Assembly: GCA_963669175.1 (NCBI GenBank)
Contig: OY769902.1
Coordinates: forward strand, 4,768,001 to 4,832,000
Reading direction: 5' to 3'
From: a bacterium
GTDB lineage: Bacteria; Electryoneota; Electryoneia; Electryoneales; Electryoneaceae
Length of the DNA stretch: 64,000 nt
Numbering within the stretch: the stretch's first letter is position 1; the number at the start of each line of letters is the position of its first letter. Under the pieces are notes generated by a model. The model worked only from the letters and a program-made list of their open reading frames with translations, was not told the origin of the DNA and ran no database searches. The position numbers and the translations under genes are program-made. Positions 40,839 through 51,522 of the stretch are shown here, piece after piece.

Positions 40839-43800
40839 ATGCCAAAACAAAAACGAACCCACACACCGGTTACAGCCCTTGAACATGTCAAGGAGCTGAT
40901 ATTTGATTCAACCTCCCTGCACCAGTTATTTAAAGGATTGCAGCAGGACTCACGGGTCGAGTTTGTCCGTGCCCCCGGTTCACTGCCCGCATTTGTTGCG
41001 GCAGGGATTGTTGCCCGGCTAGGTCGCCAACTGCTTTATATAGCGCCGGATATCACAACCGCGGAGCAGATCCGTGATGACCTCCGCACCCTTGTTGATG
41101 AAGAAAATGTCGTTCTCCTCCCTGCCCGGTCAGCCATTCCCTACGATCCGCTTCATCAGAACCCACGTTTTGACGAACGTGCCGGCGCATTTGAAAGACT
41201 TGTCGCAGGTGATTACCAGATCATTATCACGATTGCCCAGGCGCTGGTAGAACGTGTTGAGAAGCTGACTGTTCACAAGGAGCGCCTGGTACGATTCACC
41301 GAAGGCGATGAGATTGACCGTGAAGCGCTGGCGCTTATCCTGACGGAAGCCGGCATGCACCGTGAGGTCCGTGCAGAAGAACCGGGGCAGTTTGCGCTAC
41401 GTGGTTCAGTCATTGATATCTATCCCCCATCCTCCGCCAACCCGGTCCGTCTTGACCTCTGGGGGGATGAAATAACCGACATTCGCTTTTACGATCCCGT
41501 AACCCAGCGTTCACTCGGCAAAACACCGGAGCTTGCTTTTTACGCCGGTGAACAACAAGCCGCAAAACGTGAGGTCGGACTCTGGGAACTGCTGAAGAAG
41601 AATACGGCTGTCTTTGTTGATGACCCGGATTTATTGGATACCAACCTGGATCGTTCCTGGGAAGAGATTGAATACCAGTTTGATCGTAGACGTGAGCTGG
41701 AAAAAGATGTTCGTACACCACGTCCCGACGAACTCTATATATCAACAGAAGAAGTAAAAAAAGCACTCTATGCACGTCCGGTCGCCATCCATCGCGGCCC
41801 TGCTGCGCCAACTGAGGGCGCGATCAACTTTGACGCGCGCAATCACGACACCTATCTCGGAGACCTTCAGCGTGTCATCCAGCACCTGAATCAGCAATCC
41901 ATTGACGGCTATAACAATGTCATCCTGTGCGACCGTGAGCACCAGGTCGAGCGCATGGAAGACATGCTGGAGGACCAGGGATATGACCTGTCCGGCGTGC
42001 GCCTGACCCTCGGCGCTCTGACCAGCGGTTTTGTCTGGCCGGACGCTCGTATCTCCGTTTTCACCGATCACCAGATATTCGGACGTCATAAACGAACCCG
42101 CCCCTACCGTCATCGTAAACATCGCACCGACCCAACAGCCTTTGAGAAACTTCAGAAAGGCGATTTCGTCGTACACACCGATTTTGGTGTGGGACGCTAT
42201 ATCGGGCTGAAGACCATCCAGGTGAAAGGGATGGAACGTGAAACGGTACAGATCGAGTACCGTGATGGCGTAAAAGTCTACGTTCGTCTTGATCAGTTCG
42301 ACCGTCTTCAGAAATACCAGGGCACTGAAAGCTCACCGCCCGTCTTGTCCAAGATCGGCGGCAAGGACTGGTCACGCGCGCGCAGCAAGGCGGAAGCGGC
42401 CGTTCTCGAAATGGCAAAGGAAATCGTTGAACTCTATGCCCGTAGAAAGGTTGAGGGCGGCAAAGCATTCAGCGATGACACTCGCTGGCAGCGTGAGATG
42501 GAAGCGGCGTTTGACTTCGAAGACACCCCGGACCAGGCGCGAGCCGCAGAAGAAATCAAACGTGATATGGAAAAACCGGTTGCCATGGATCGTCTACTTT
42601 GCGGGGATGTGGGATTCGGCAAAACTGAAGTCGCAATCCGTGCCGCCTTTAAAGCGGTTCAGGATTCGACACAGGTGGCTGTCCTGGTACCGACTACTAT
42701 CCTGGCACAGCAGCATTTTGAGACCTTCACTGAACGAATGCGAAGATATCCGATACGGATCGAAGTGTTGAGCCGCTTCCGTTCACGCAAAGAACAGAAA
42801 TCAACCCTGGAAGGTCTGATAACCGGAAAAGTTGACATTGTCATCGGCACTCATCGTCTGATCTCCAAAGATGTGGCCTTCAAAAACCTTGGACTTCTGA
42901 TTATTGATGAAGAGCATCGTTTCGGCGTCAAGCACAAGCAGCGAATCAAGCAGCTTCGAGCCACGGTAGATGTACTGACCATGTCCGCCACCCCGATTCC
43001 ACGCACCCTGCACAAAGCGTTGTCGGGCGCTAAAGACATGTCAATGATCTCCACACCGCCGCATGACCGTCTGCCAATCCAGACTGAAATCGCTCCTGCG
43101 GATGATCGCGTCATTCGTGAAGCAATCGTGCGAGAAATTGCACGTGGTGGCCAGGTGTATTTCCTGCATAACCGCGTTCAGACGATTGACGCTATTAAAA
43201 CTCAGATCAAGAAACTGGTGCCGGGAATCAAGGTTGGCATAGCACATGGCCAGATGCGGGAAGGGGAACTTGAAAAGGTCATGCACGAGTTCCTGATGGG
43301 TGAACACCAGGTTTTATTGTGTACCATGATCATCGAATCCGGGCTGGATATTCCCAATGTGAACACGCTGATTGTCAACCGTGCTGACAAATTGGGGCTG
43401 GCACAACTTTACCAGGTACGTGGACGAATTGGCCGCAGCCACAGGCAGGCATATGCATACATGTTGACTCCGCCACGCATGCTGCTGCAACCCGATGCAC
43501 GCAAGCGGCTGGAAACCCTTGCCGAAAACACACGTCTGGGCAGTGGCTTCCAGATCGCCATGCGCGACCTGGAAATCCGTGGAGCAGGCAACATCCTGGG
43601 CGCTCAGCAGAGCGGACATATCAATAGTGTCGGGTTCGAACTCTATACGGAAATGCTGGCGGATGCGGTGAAACAGCTTAGCGAGGAACGTGAAACCGAA
43701 TTACCGGCCCTCAAAGCCGGACCACATGTTAAAGATGTCAAGATCGATGTGAAAGTCGACGCGGTTCTGCCGGAAGATTATATCTCGGATGCGGTTGAAC

Positions 43801-44204
43801 GTGTTGAGCTGTATCGTCGTCTTAGTCATGCAGAAACTCGTAGCGAGATTCGTGAACTCAGGGAAGAACTGGTTGATCGTTTCGGTACTCTGCCACGCGC
43901 CGGCAACAACCTGCTGCATATGGTGGAAACACGTATTCTCGCAGCCGATGTCGGTGTCCTGAAAGTTGATATTTTCGACGATGCGGCATTCTTCCAGTTT
44001 GAGGACGATTGGGGTGGCGAGCATTTCCCGATCTACGTTGCACAGATTGCAGAATTGACCAATGATTATCCGCTGGAATTGAAAGGCGCCGGGGCGCTGG
44101 GGCTGAAGCTATCCCTTCAGGAGTGCAAAACCTGGGACGAACGCTGGACGCTTCTACAGGAACTCCTGGAAAGATTGCCGCAACCGAACACGCATGGCGA
44201 CTGA
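40839..44204 (+). CDS. mfd: Transcription-repair coupling factor Mfd
   Basis: 1121 aa. CarD-like RID (GDFVVHTDFGVG), MDRLLCGDVGFGKTEVA, DEEHRFGV, QLYQVRGRIGRS, TRCF C-terminus. Confidence 0.97.
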   Translation: MPKQKRTHTPVTALEHVKELIFDSTSLHQLFKGLQQDSRVEFVRAPGSLPAFVAAGIVARLGRQLLYIAPDITTAEQIRDDLRTLVDEENVVLLPARSAIPYDPLHQNPRFDERAGAFERLVAGDYQIIITIAQALVERVEKLTVHKERLVRFTEGDEIDREALALILTEAGMHREVRAEEPGQFALRGSVIDIYPPSSANPVRLDLWGDEITDIRFYDPVTQRSLGKTPELAFYAGEQQAAKREVGLWELLKKNTAVFVDDPDLLDTNLDRSWEEIEYQFDRRRELEKDVRTPRPDELYISTEEVKKALYARPVAIHRGPAAPTEGAINFDARNHDTYLGDLQRVIQHLNQQSIDGYNNVILCDREHQVERMEDMLEDQGYDLSGVRLTLGALTSGFVWPDARISVFTDHQIFGRHKRTRPYRHRKHRTDPTAFEKLQKGDFVVHTDFGVGRYIGLKTIQVKGMERETVQIEYRDGVKVYVRLDQFDRLQKYQGTESSPPVLSKIGGKDWSRARSKAEAAVLEMAKEIVELYARRKVEGGKAFSDDTRWQREMEAAFDFEDTPDQARAAEEIKRDMEKPVAMDRLLCGDVGFGKTEVAIRAAFKAVQDSTQVAVLVPTTILAQQHFETFTERMRRYPIRIEVLSRFRSRKEQKSTLEGLITGKVDIVIGTHRLISKDVAFKNLGLLIIDEEHRFGVKHKQRIKQLRATVDVLTMSATPIPRTLHKALSGAKDMSMISTPPHDRLPIQTEIAPADDRVIREAIVREIARGGQVYFLHNRVQTIDAIKTQIKKLVPGIKVGIAHGQMREGELEKVMHEFLMGEHQVLLCTMIIESGLDIPNVNTLIVNRADKLGLAQLYQVRGRIGRSHRQAYAYMLTPPRMLLQPDARKRLETLAENTRLGSGFQIAMRDLEIRGAGNILGAQQSGHINSVGFELYTEMLADAVKQLSEERETELPALKAGPHVKDVKIDVKVDAVLPEDYISDAVERVELYRRLSHAETRSEIRELREELVDRFGTLPRAGNNLLHMVETRILAADVGVLKVDIFDDAAFFQFEDDWGGEHFPIYVAQIAELTNDYPLELKGAGALGLKLSLQECKTWDERWTLLQELLERLPQPNTHGD

Positions 44205-44247
44205 GGATTGGATACACTGGTTTGATGAGATGTTTATCAGGATCAGT

Positions 44248-47200
44248 CTACTCCCCGACAATCATCCGAACCTGTTCCCGCAAGTCGCGCATTTTGAATG
44301 GTTTCAGGAGTAATCCGCTGACATTGAGGTCTTTAAAGCGGGCATTCATATCGATAGCGCCGTCGCCACTGATGATCAGTACCGGCAGAGTCTGGTTGAC
44401 TTTCCGAATTTCCTCGAGGACTTTTGGTGCATCGCCCTTAGGCATGTGGTTATCCAGCAGTAACAGGTCAAACCTGTTCGGATCAGCAGAGAAGATTCGG
44501 ATCGCTTCCTCTCCATTCAGCGCAGTTGTGATATCATATCCATCGACTTTCAGCATTCTGACAGCAACTTCCAGAACAGCCGTATCATCATCAACAATCA
44601 TGATATGGTTATTTTCGCTTGAAGATACAGTTACAACACTTGCCTTCTTTCTTTCTGCCTGGTCTGCCGCCCCGTTGGACATACCATTCTGTTTATCAAC
44701 AGGAAGACAGATCTGGAAAGTAGTGCCTTTTTGTAACTGGCTGATCACATTGATAGCGCCATGATGCGCATGGATAATCCCCATCATGGCCGACAGCCCC
44801 AACCCGCGTCCGGTAAATTTGGTGGTGAAGAAAGGTTCGAAAATTTTGGACAGGGTTTCTTCACTCATGCCACTTCCGGTGTCGGATACCTGCATACAGA
44901 TAAACTCACCCGGTTCCGCCTCATTTCCATTCGTCATTCCCAGCAGATCATGCGCAGAGAAGTTCTCAACAGTGGTGCTTACAGTAATGCTTCCTTCTTC
45001 CTCTCCGATAGCTTCAGCCGCATTCGTGATCAGGTTCAGCGTTACTTGTTGAAGTTGTGCTTTGTCAGCAGTGACTCTTGGCAAGTCTTCTTCCAGATTC
45101 ATGGTCACTTTGACATGTTTCGGAATAGATACCCGGATTAGTTGCAGCATTTCCCGCAGATGTTCTGAAATATCAACCGGTTCAATAACATATCGCCCTT
45201 GTCCGGAATAGGCGAGAAGCTGACGTGTCAGTTCAGCGGCTTTTTCACTGACCCGAACAATCGCTGAAAGAGATTTTTGTACAGAACTGTCCATTTGCGA
45301 AGCGCTCTTGGCAAGCTCTGCATTACCCATTATCGCCCCAAGCATGTTATTAAAATCGTGAGCGATACCACCAGCCAGCATCCCAACGCTTTCCAGTCGT
45401 TGCGCCTGAAGCATTTTTTCTGACGTTAATTTCTGTTCTGTGACATCTTCGGCAATGACTTCAATTTCCTGGTGGTCATTTTTTGTCTGAAGGATACGTC
45501 CGCCGAGACGAACAATGATTATTTCTCCATCCTGACGTTTCCATTCTGTTTCGACGCCTTCAAAGACACCAAAAGAACTGGAGGATTCCAGCAACTGTTT
45601 CCAATGCGCATTATCAACAAAAACATCATTTTCCAGCGAAAGTTTATTCAGATCCTCACGTTCTGCCAGTCCCAGCATCTCTACCAGGGCAATATTCCCT
45701 TCCAGTATTCTGCCGTGATTGTCCGCACGGAAAATACCAAGCACAGCTCGTTCAACCAGGTTCCGGTATTTATCCATGGCCTCACGCAATTCACGCGTTT
45801 TCACCATGACTTCTGACTGAAGCGACTGCGAGTACTTTCTTGTCGATATGTAATTGATCAGGAACAGGATGCCGCCAATGACACCTATTCCCATCAATAT
45901 CAAAAACCAGATCTGCAAATAGATGGGTCTGTTCACCTTGAAGGTATTTGATTTTACAGGTTGGCTGACACGTCCCCACGCATCTATGGCCTGTATCTCG
46001 AGATGGTATTTTCCACCACTTAAATTCGAGAAGTGCATATAGCGTGAATGCGGATCAACAGTGGAGGTTTTCGAAGAGCCGTGCTTTACCAGGGTAATCT
46101 CATAGAAAGGTTGTCTTTCATCCAGGAAGCTTATTGCCCTGTATTTGAACGACAGATCGAATTTGGCCGGTAGAACAATGGATTCATTCGGTGAATACAG
46201 TATCCCATTTGTTGTTATGGACAGGATTTGCACTTCGGGATCGGGGAATTCCCATGGATTGCGGTCATTATTTTCAAGGTATCGTGAAAGTCCAGAATTG
46301 GTTCCGATCCAAAGCAAGTCATTTTCATCAATGAATCCTGCCGCACGATTTACTTCCATACCGGCCAGGCCATTGTATACAGTGAAATGTACAACGTGTT
46401 CGCCGTCCCACCGGTAAACACCATTGTCGGTACCGATCCATAACCGGTCCAGATGATCACAAACCAGGAAGTAGACCGGGCGGTCTATCTGCGTATGGTT
46501 TATCCTGTAAGGCGCCAGGCTGTCACCCTGAACTTCAGCAAGCCCGGTAAGCGTACCAACCAGGATTTGGCCCGTTGTTTCATTTTTCGTTGCACAGTAT
46601 ACGGCGTTGAGATCAGGCGAGCTTGTGGACTGTATAAATCTGACTTGATCACCTGTTACCCAAATCAATCCTCCAGACAAGGTCGATAGCAACAGTTCAT
46701 CATCCTGTGTAACACTGATGTTTCTAATTGTTGTATCCTGGAGACGCGGATCAGGTACTATTCGATTATTTTTCAGCAAAGATAAACCACTTCCTGTCCC
46801 AATATAGATTTGCCCATGACTATCTTTACCAAGCGCATTCAGAGATCTGCATTCCGAACAGTTGATATACTCAATTCCGCCGTTGACATCGACTTTCGCC
46901 AGGCCAGCAATCGAGATTGCGGCCAGCAGATTGCCATCAGCATCAAACTCGAAATCCATTACTCGTGCATTAGAGAAATTCTGAATACTTTTGCTGAAAG
47001 TGACTCGTTTGAACGCATGCCCGGTGTTTATTGTTATCCCTGCATTATGACCGAAATACATGTTTCCCTGGCTATCCTGCGCGATAGCTGTTACCTCATC
47101 ATCGAGCAATCCATCCTGGGTAGAATAGTTCTGGAACCGCAGGCTGGGGATTCGGGTGGCGCCACGAACCGTAGCAAACCAATAGCCTCCTTCATGGTCC

Positions 47201-48162
47201 CTGCTTGCTCCAGTATAGCCTTGAGCGGCAAGACCGGAACTTGGACCCATTGCATGAAGACATCCATTCTGCAGGTATTGGTAGGAGATAAAGTTGTATC
47301 CGAAGAAAACACCGCCACCACCATCCGGCAGCATGGGGGGTATATTCCGAATCGGTTCCGCCGGGAAAGCAGGAATGGAGCGTAATACCTTGACCCTACT
47401 GCCATCCAGTTGCCCCACCCAGTCCTTGCCAAAGCTCCAGATACAAGGCTGACCGGCCTGACTGCTATCAATTGCCAGACCATAGATTGCTCTGGAAGAA
47501 CGGCCCGTAACAGCGTCCGGGTAGGTTATCAGTGTCCCTTCTTTCAGGCAGGCAAGACCTTGATCAGAACCTATCAGAAGGCTGTCACCGAGCGCCAGAA
47601 CGGCGTAAACTCTATCAGCGCCTGATTGCTTTTCACCGAAGGAAACCCACTCCCCATCCTGATAAATCAATAATCCAATCATTGGACTGGCAATGATAAC
47701 GGTTTGCTCACCATTCAGCTCGACAACCTGGAACTGGCTTACAACGATAGGTTCATCATATACAGGGTGGCGTTGCTCAAAAGAAAACAGTTTCCAACCT
47801 TCGCTGGTATGTTTGCAGACCTGAAGAACAGAATTAATTCCCCAGGCATTGCCTTCCTGATCAATCGTCAATCTGATAATGTTCTTTACCGGCATACGGT
47901 CAGGATACAGATAATGCTCCCATTCCAGGCCATCATATGAAGCTACAATGCCACGCGCTGAGAACCAGAGCAGACGTTCTTTATCCTGAACCACGCTCCA
48001 GATTTCGGTATTTGGCAGACCATCCAGCTCGGTATAGGTACGGGTGGGGTATTGAAAAGCGTAAACGGATTGCGCAAGGGCAGATATAGCCAGCCAGACG
48101 ACCAGCGCTCCCCCCCCAGACAACGAAATTGAACAATGGTTGAAGATCTTTTTTGTAAACAT
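44248..48162 (-). CDS. Hybrid sensor histidine kinase (periplasmic beta-propeller/Y_Y_Y, PAS, HisKA, HATPase, REC)
   Basis: DGLP/DGLL propeller repeats, TM helix, AGGIAHDFNN, FFTTKFTGRGLGL, C-terminal receiver. Confidence 0.92.
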   Translation of the reverse strand: MFTKKIFNHCSISLSGGGALVVWLAISALAQSVYAFQYPTRTYTELDGLPNTEIWSVVQDKERLLWFSARGIVASYDGLEWEHYLYPDRMPVKNIIRLTIDQEGNAWGINSVLQVCKHTSEGWKLFSFEQRHPVYDEPIVVSQFQVVELNGEQTVIIASPMIGLLIYQDGEWVSFGEKQSGADRVYAVLALGDSLLIGSDQGLACLKEGTLITYPDAVTGRSSRAIYGLAIDSSQAGQPCIWSFGKDWVGQLDGSRVKVLRSIPAFPAEPIRNIPPMLPDGGGGVFFGYNFISYQYLQNGCLHAMGPSSGLAAQGYTGASRDHEGGYWFATVRGATRIPSLRFQNYSTQDGLLDDEVTAIAQDSQGNMYFGHNAGITINTGHAFKRVTFSKSIQNFSNARVMDFEFDADGNLLAAISIAGLAKVDVNGGIEYINCSECRSLNALGKDSHGQIYIGTGSGLSLLKNNRIVPDPRLQDTTIRNISVTQDDELLLSTLSGGLIWVTGDQVRFIQSTSSPDLNAVYCATKNETTGQILVGTLTGLAEVQGDSLAPYRINHTQIDRPVYFLVCDHLDRLWIGTDNGVYRWDGEHVVHFTVYNGLAGMEVNRAAGFIDENDLLWIGTNSGLSRYLENNDRNPWEFPDPEVQILSITTNGILYSPNESIVLPAKFDLSFKYRAISFLDERQPFYEITLVKHGSSKTSTVDPHSRYMHFSNLSGGKYHLEIQAIDAWGRVSQPVKSNTFKVNRPIYLQIWFLILMGIGVIGGILFLINYISTRKYSQSLQSEVMVKTRELREAMDKYRNLVERAVLGIFRADNHGRILEGNIALVEMLGLAEREDLNKLSLENDVFVDNAHWKQLLESSSSFGVFEGVETEWKRQDGEIIIVRLGGRILQTKNDHQEIEVIAEDVTEQKLTSEKMLQAQRLESVGMLAGGIAHDFNNMLGAIMGNAELAKSASQMDSSVQKSLSAIVRVSEKAAELTRQLLAYSGQGRYVIEPVDISEHLREMLQLIRVSIPKHVKVTMNLEEDLPRVTADKAQLQQVTLNLITNAAEAIGEEEGSITVSTTVENFSAHDLLGMTNGNEAEPGEFICMQVSDTGSGMSEETLSKIFEPFFTTKFTGRGLGLSAMMGIIHAHHGAINVISQLQKGTTFQICLPVDKQNGMSNGAADQAERKKASVVTVSSSENNHIMIVDDDTAVLEVAVRMLKVDGYDITTALNGEEAIRIFSADPNRFDLLLLDNHMPKGDAPKVLEEIRKVNQTLPVLIISGDGAIDMNARFKDLNVSGLLLKPFKMRDLREQVRMIVGE

Positions 48163-48342
48163 GGTTCCTGATTGTAAAGCATTTATAACAAGATACAATT
48201 GCTTAATCTCACATTCATCTAAAAATATTATTCAGGACTCTCCAATGAGTATCTTTACTTATCAGCCATCTCTTTTCTTTCTCCGCGTCATAATCCCTAT
48301 ATTGGCGAACGGGAAAGAAACACACATCTCTGCGAGGTTGAT

Positions 48343-49293
48343 ATGGGTCGATACCGTGAACTGGACCTTTCTGGAGTTCGCACCTATTCTGCAACAGTAC
48401 GTCCTTCTAAAGTACAAACCAGGGAAGAAGCGATTCCACCACATGCCGGGATGACACTGAAGGAATTTCTCGATGGACTGCCTGATATCCTGAAAGCCCG
48501 GGATTTGAAGACAGTTGCCAAAGCGGTTGTGGAAGCTCGTTCACTTGGCAAGCCGGTCATCGTCATGCTGGGCGGCCATGTAATAAAAACAGGATGCGCT
48601 CCCGTTCTGGCCGATCTGGCTCGTCATGGCTTTATCACACATTTTGCCTCAAATGGCAGTGCAGCGATACATGATACTGAACTTGCCCGGTTCGGTCATA
48701 CCAGTGAAGATGTAGCCGCGCAACTTGAGGACGGCAGTTTTGGCATGGCCGCCGATACGGCTGCGTTGGTGAATGAAGCTGCAAAGCGTGCCGCAAAAAC
48801 TGATACAGGGTTCGGTGAGACCGTTGGCAGTATGTTACTTGAGGAAAACGCTCCCCACCTTGACCGCGCCTTGCTCGCAAGCTGCTACAAACTGGAGATT
48901 CCATACACCCTGCATGTTGCCCTTGGCACAGATATTGTCCATCAGCACCCTTCTGCCGATGGCGCTGCAATCGGAGCTGCAAGCCTGCGTGATTTCCGCA
49001 TCCTTGCCGCAACTGTGAGTACCCTGGGCCATGGCGGTGTGATCCTTAACCTGGGCAGCGCGGTTGTAATGCCGGAAGTTTTCCTGAAAGCTATCGCCGT
49101 TGCACGAAACCTGGGACATGATGTTACAGATTTTACTACAGCGAATTTTGACATGATCCAGCATTATCGTCCGACTGTAAATGTTGTGCAGCGTCCTGTC
49201 TTGCCCGGTGGCGCAGGCTACGCTATTACCGGACACCATGAGATCATGATACCACTGCTTGCAGCTACAATACTGGAATATGCGAAGCATTGA
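48343..49293 (+). CDS. Deoxyhypusine-synthase-like protein (GSU2086-type)
   Basis: MLGGHVIKTG, NGSAAIHD, GTDIVHQHP, GSAVVMPEVFLKA and GHHEIMIPLL motifs. Confidence 0.7.
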   Translation: MGRYRELDLSGVRTYSATVRPSKVQTREEAIPPHAGMTLKEFLDGLPDILKARDLKTVAKAVVEARSLGKPVIVMLGGHVIKTGCAPVLADLARHGFITHFASNGSAAIHDTELARFGHTSEDVAAQLEDGSFGMAADTAALVNEAAKRAAKTDTGFGETVGSMLLEENAPHLDRALLASCYKLEIPYTLHVALGTDIVHQHPSADGAAIGAASLRDFRILAATVSTLGHGGVILNLGSAVVMPEVFLKAIAVARNLGHDVTDFTTANFDMIQHYRPTVNVVQRPVLPGGAGYAITGHHEIMIPLLAATILEYAKH

Positions 49294-49299
49294 GCTTTC

Positions 49300-49632
49300 G
49301 GTTCCTCACAAGAATTTGTGCATCCGGGCAAAGTTGTGGCAGGTCTTGACGCGACATTCCGTTTTCGGCTTTCGCAATGTATTTCTGAATGCACGATGAT
49401 ACTGAAACCACCTCTCGTCCTGTTATTGTCGCGTTGTGACCTGCCACCAGTATCAGCACTCTCGCTGTCGTCAGGTCACAATGTGATGCCTGATGACGAT
49501 CTATCATGCGAAATAGCAGCTGTGAAGTCGGACAGGTGTCTGAAATTGCGGAGAAGAACAAGAAAAAGGCATCACGTCAAGACCTGACGAAACGTGCTCG
49601 TCGATAATATGCACAAATTCTTGTGAGCAGCC
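49300..49632 (+). mobile_element. MITE family A copy 3 (333 bp, 8-bp TSD)
   Basis: Same TIRs; TSD gagctttc at 49292-49299 and 49633-49640, overlapping the upstream TGA stop. Confidence 0.92.
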
Positions 49633-49751
49633 GAGCTTTCTGCGCATTTCCATTAGCTGATCTTGCTTTTTATCATTTCGTTTCAGAAGTTTCCTGAACC
49701 TTTTGACATACTTCGTCTTTTACCAGGAGCCATTCATTTTCGGGGTGAGAA

Positions 49752-51272
49752 ATGAAGATCCGCATACCTGCACTACTCTTTTCATTCGTCCTCATCGTAT
49801 GCTTTGTAGTAGCTGGCTGTGAAGAAGATGACGATTCTCCTGACAACATCATTACGCCAGAGACAACCTGGTCACTGGAACCGATCTCGCCGGCACAGAA
49901 TGAGTTGCAGACAACAATAACGCCATCACTATCATGGAGTTACACACCTGAAGATTCAAGTATACAGTATTGTTATCGTCTCTATTTCGGTACAAATGCC
50001 AACTCCTTTCCCATCTTTGCTGACAGCTTGCAATCCCCCTCTTATACCATTTCTTCGCCATTGGAATATGATACACAGTATTATTGGAAAATTGTGGTTT
50101 TGAATGCCGATGGTTCCAGGAATATGGGTGAATTATGGTATTTCCGCACTGTTACAAACCAGGCCCCCAGTGTGCCAGAACTGGTTTTGCCGGAGGATGG
50201 CGATCAAACCGTCTCGCCACCGATCAGGCTTTTCTGGCAAAGCGAAGACTTGGAGAATGACAGCCTTACCTACAAAGTACAACTTGGTTTTAATGATAAT
50301 CCGGATGATATGGAAACTGTAGCTGACCGCCTTGATGCGACTACAGTTTTACTGCGAGACATGTATCCCTTGACAACCTATTACTGGCGTGTTCTTGTCT
50401 CAGATACTTACGGTCATACGACAACGGGACCGATATGGACATTTCGTACCAGGAGTAACTCCCCTCCCGGCGCCGTGGTTCTGTATGAACCTGCGGATCT
50501 CAGCAGGTATACGGATCTGAGTATGACCTTCCAGTGGGATGGCACCGATCCTGACAGGGATTCACTGATCTACGATTTCTACTTCAGTGATCAGCAAAAT
50601 AACCTTACGCTTTTCCGTCCGGGATTGCTGGATACATTTGTGACCATAAACTCTCTTGAACCAAGGACAACCTATTTCTGGCAGGTTGTTGGCTATGATG
50701 GACTTGGCAGTTCTGTTTCAAGTGATATTTTTGAGTTTTCTACTACGTTTGACATGTTGTTCCCGCTCGCTGTCGGAAACCGTTGGGAATACCTTTCCGA
50801 TGATGAAGTAATGCTCCAATGGGAATGCCTCACAAGTATTAGCAACGACGGTTATACCTGGTATGATATTCACACCAATGACACCCTTCACCTCGGTCTG
50901 ACCAATAAGTCCAACGGAACCTATGAAATAGACCCGGCCTATTTTGGCCCGGATACGTTGAAGCAACTGAAATGGAAATATCCTGTTACTCCCGGTGATT
51001 CCTGGGCGTATAGAGATGAAACGGGACACATGTATACGATCACCTGTCTTGCTACCGACGATAATATTATTACCTATATCGGATCTTATGATAACTGCAT
51101 CTGCTACCAGATGGCCTCCAACAGCTCTTCCGAGAGATTCTATTACTGGATCAAACAGGGCGTAGGTATTGTGCGAATTCGCCATCATAACGACGTTTAT
51201 GATCTCTATTCCTTACGTCTCATGGATACTTCCGCAACCGGCAAGCATGCTTTCCCACCTGGCAGCGAATAG
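49752..51272 (+). CDS. Lipoprotein with three FN3-like repeats and a C-terminal FPLAVGNRWEY domain
   Basis: Lipobox VAGC; three L...T.YYW.V repeats; C-terminal domain ending GVGIV. Confidence 0.85.
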   Translation: MKIRIPALLFSFVLIVCFVVAGCEEDDDSPDNIITPETTWSLEPISPAQNELQTTITPSLSWSYTPEDSSIQYCYRLYFGTNANSFPIFADSLQSPSYTISSPLEYDTQYYWKIVVLNADGSRNMGELWYFRTVTNQAPSVPELVLPEDGDQTVSPPIRLFWQSEDLENDSLTYKVQLGFNDNPDDMETVADRLDATTVLLRDMYPLTTYYWRVLVSDTYGHTTTGPIWTFRTRSNSPPGAVVLYEPADLSRYTDLSMTFQWDGTDPDRDSLIYDFYFSDQQNNLTLFRPGLLDTFVTINSLEPRTTYFWQVVGYDGLGSSVSSDIFEFSTTFDMLFPLAVGNRWEYLSDDEVMLQWECLTSISNDGYTWYDIHTNDTLHLGLTNKSNGTYEIDPAYFGPDTLKQLKWKYPVTPGDSWAYRDETGHMYTITCLATDDNIITYIGSYDNCICYQMASNSSSERFYYWIKQGVGIVRIRHHNDVYDLYSLRLMDTSATGKHAFPPGSE

Positions 51273-51522
51273 ACTGATGCTCAGGAAAAGCTTATCAAGC
51301 GGACCGAATCACCGCTGACGCTCCAGGGGTATTTTTTCTCTACAGGTAATGCAACTCTTCTCCAGAAAACTGTACCATTCTTGCGTTAGACTGGCAGACC
51401 AATCATGTAGCGTTTCTCCTGAATTGACCGATACTGCGCCAAGCAGTGTCAATATGAGCACACCAGTGGCAATGGGCTTGTTGCGCTAACGTCAACACCT
51501 TGAGTAAAAGCAGGAGGATTGG

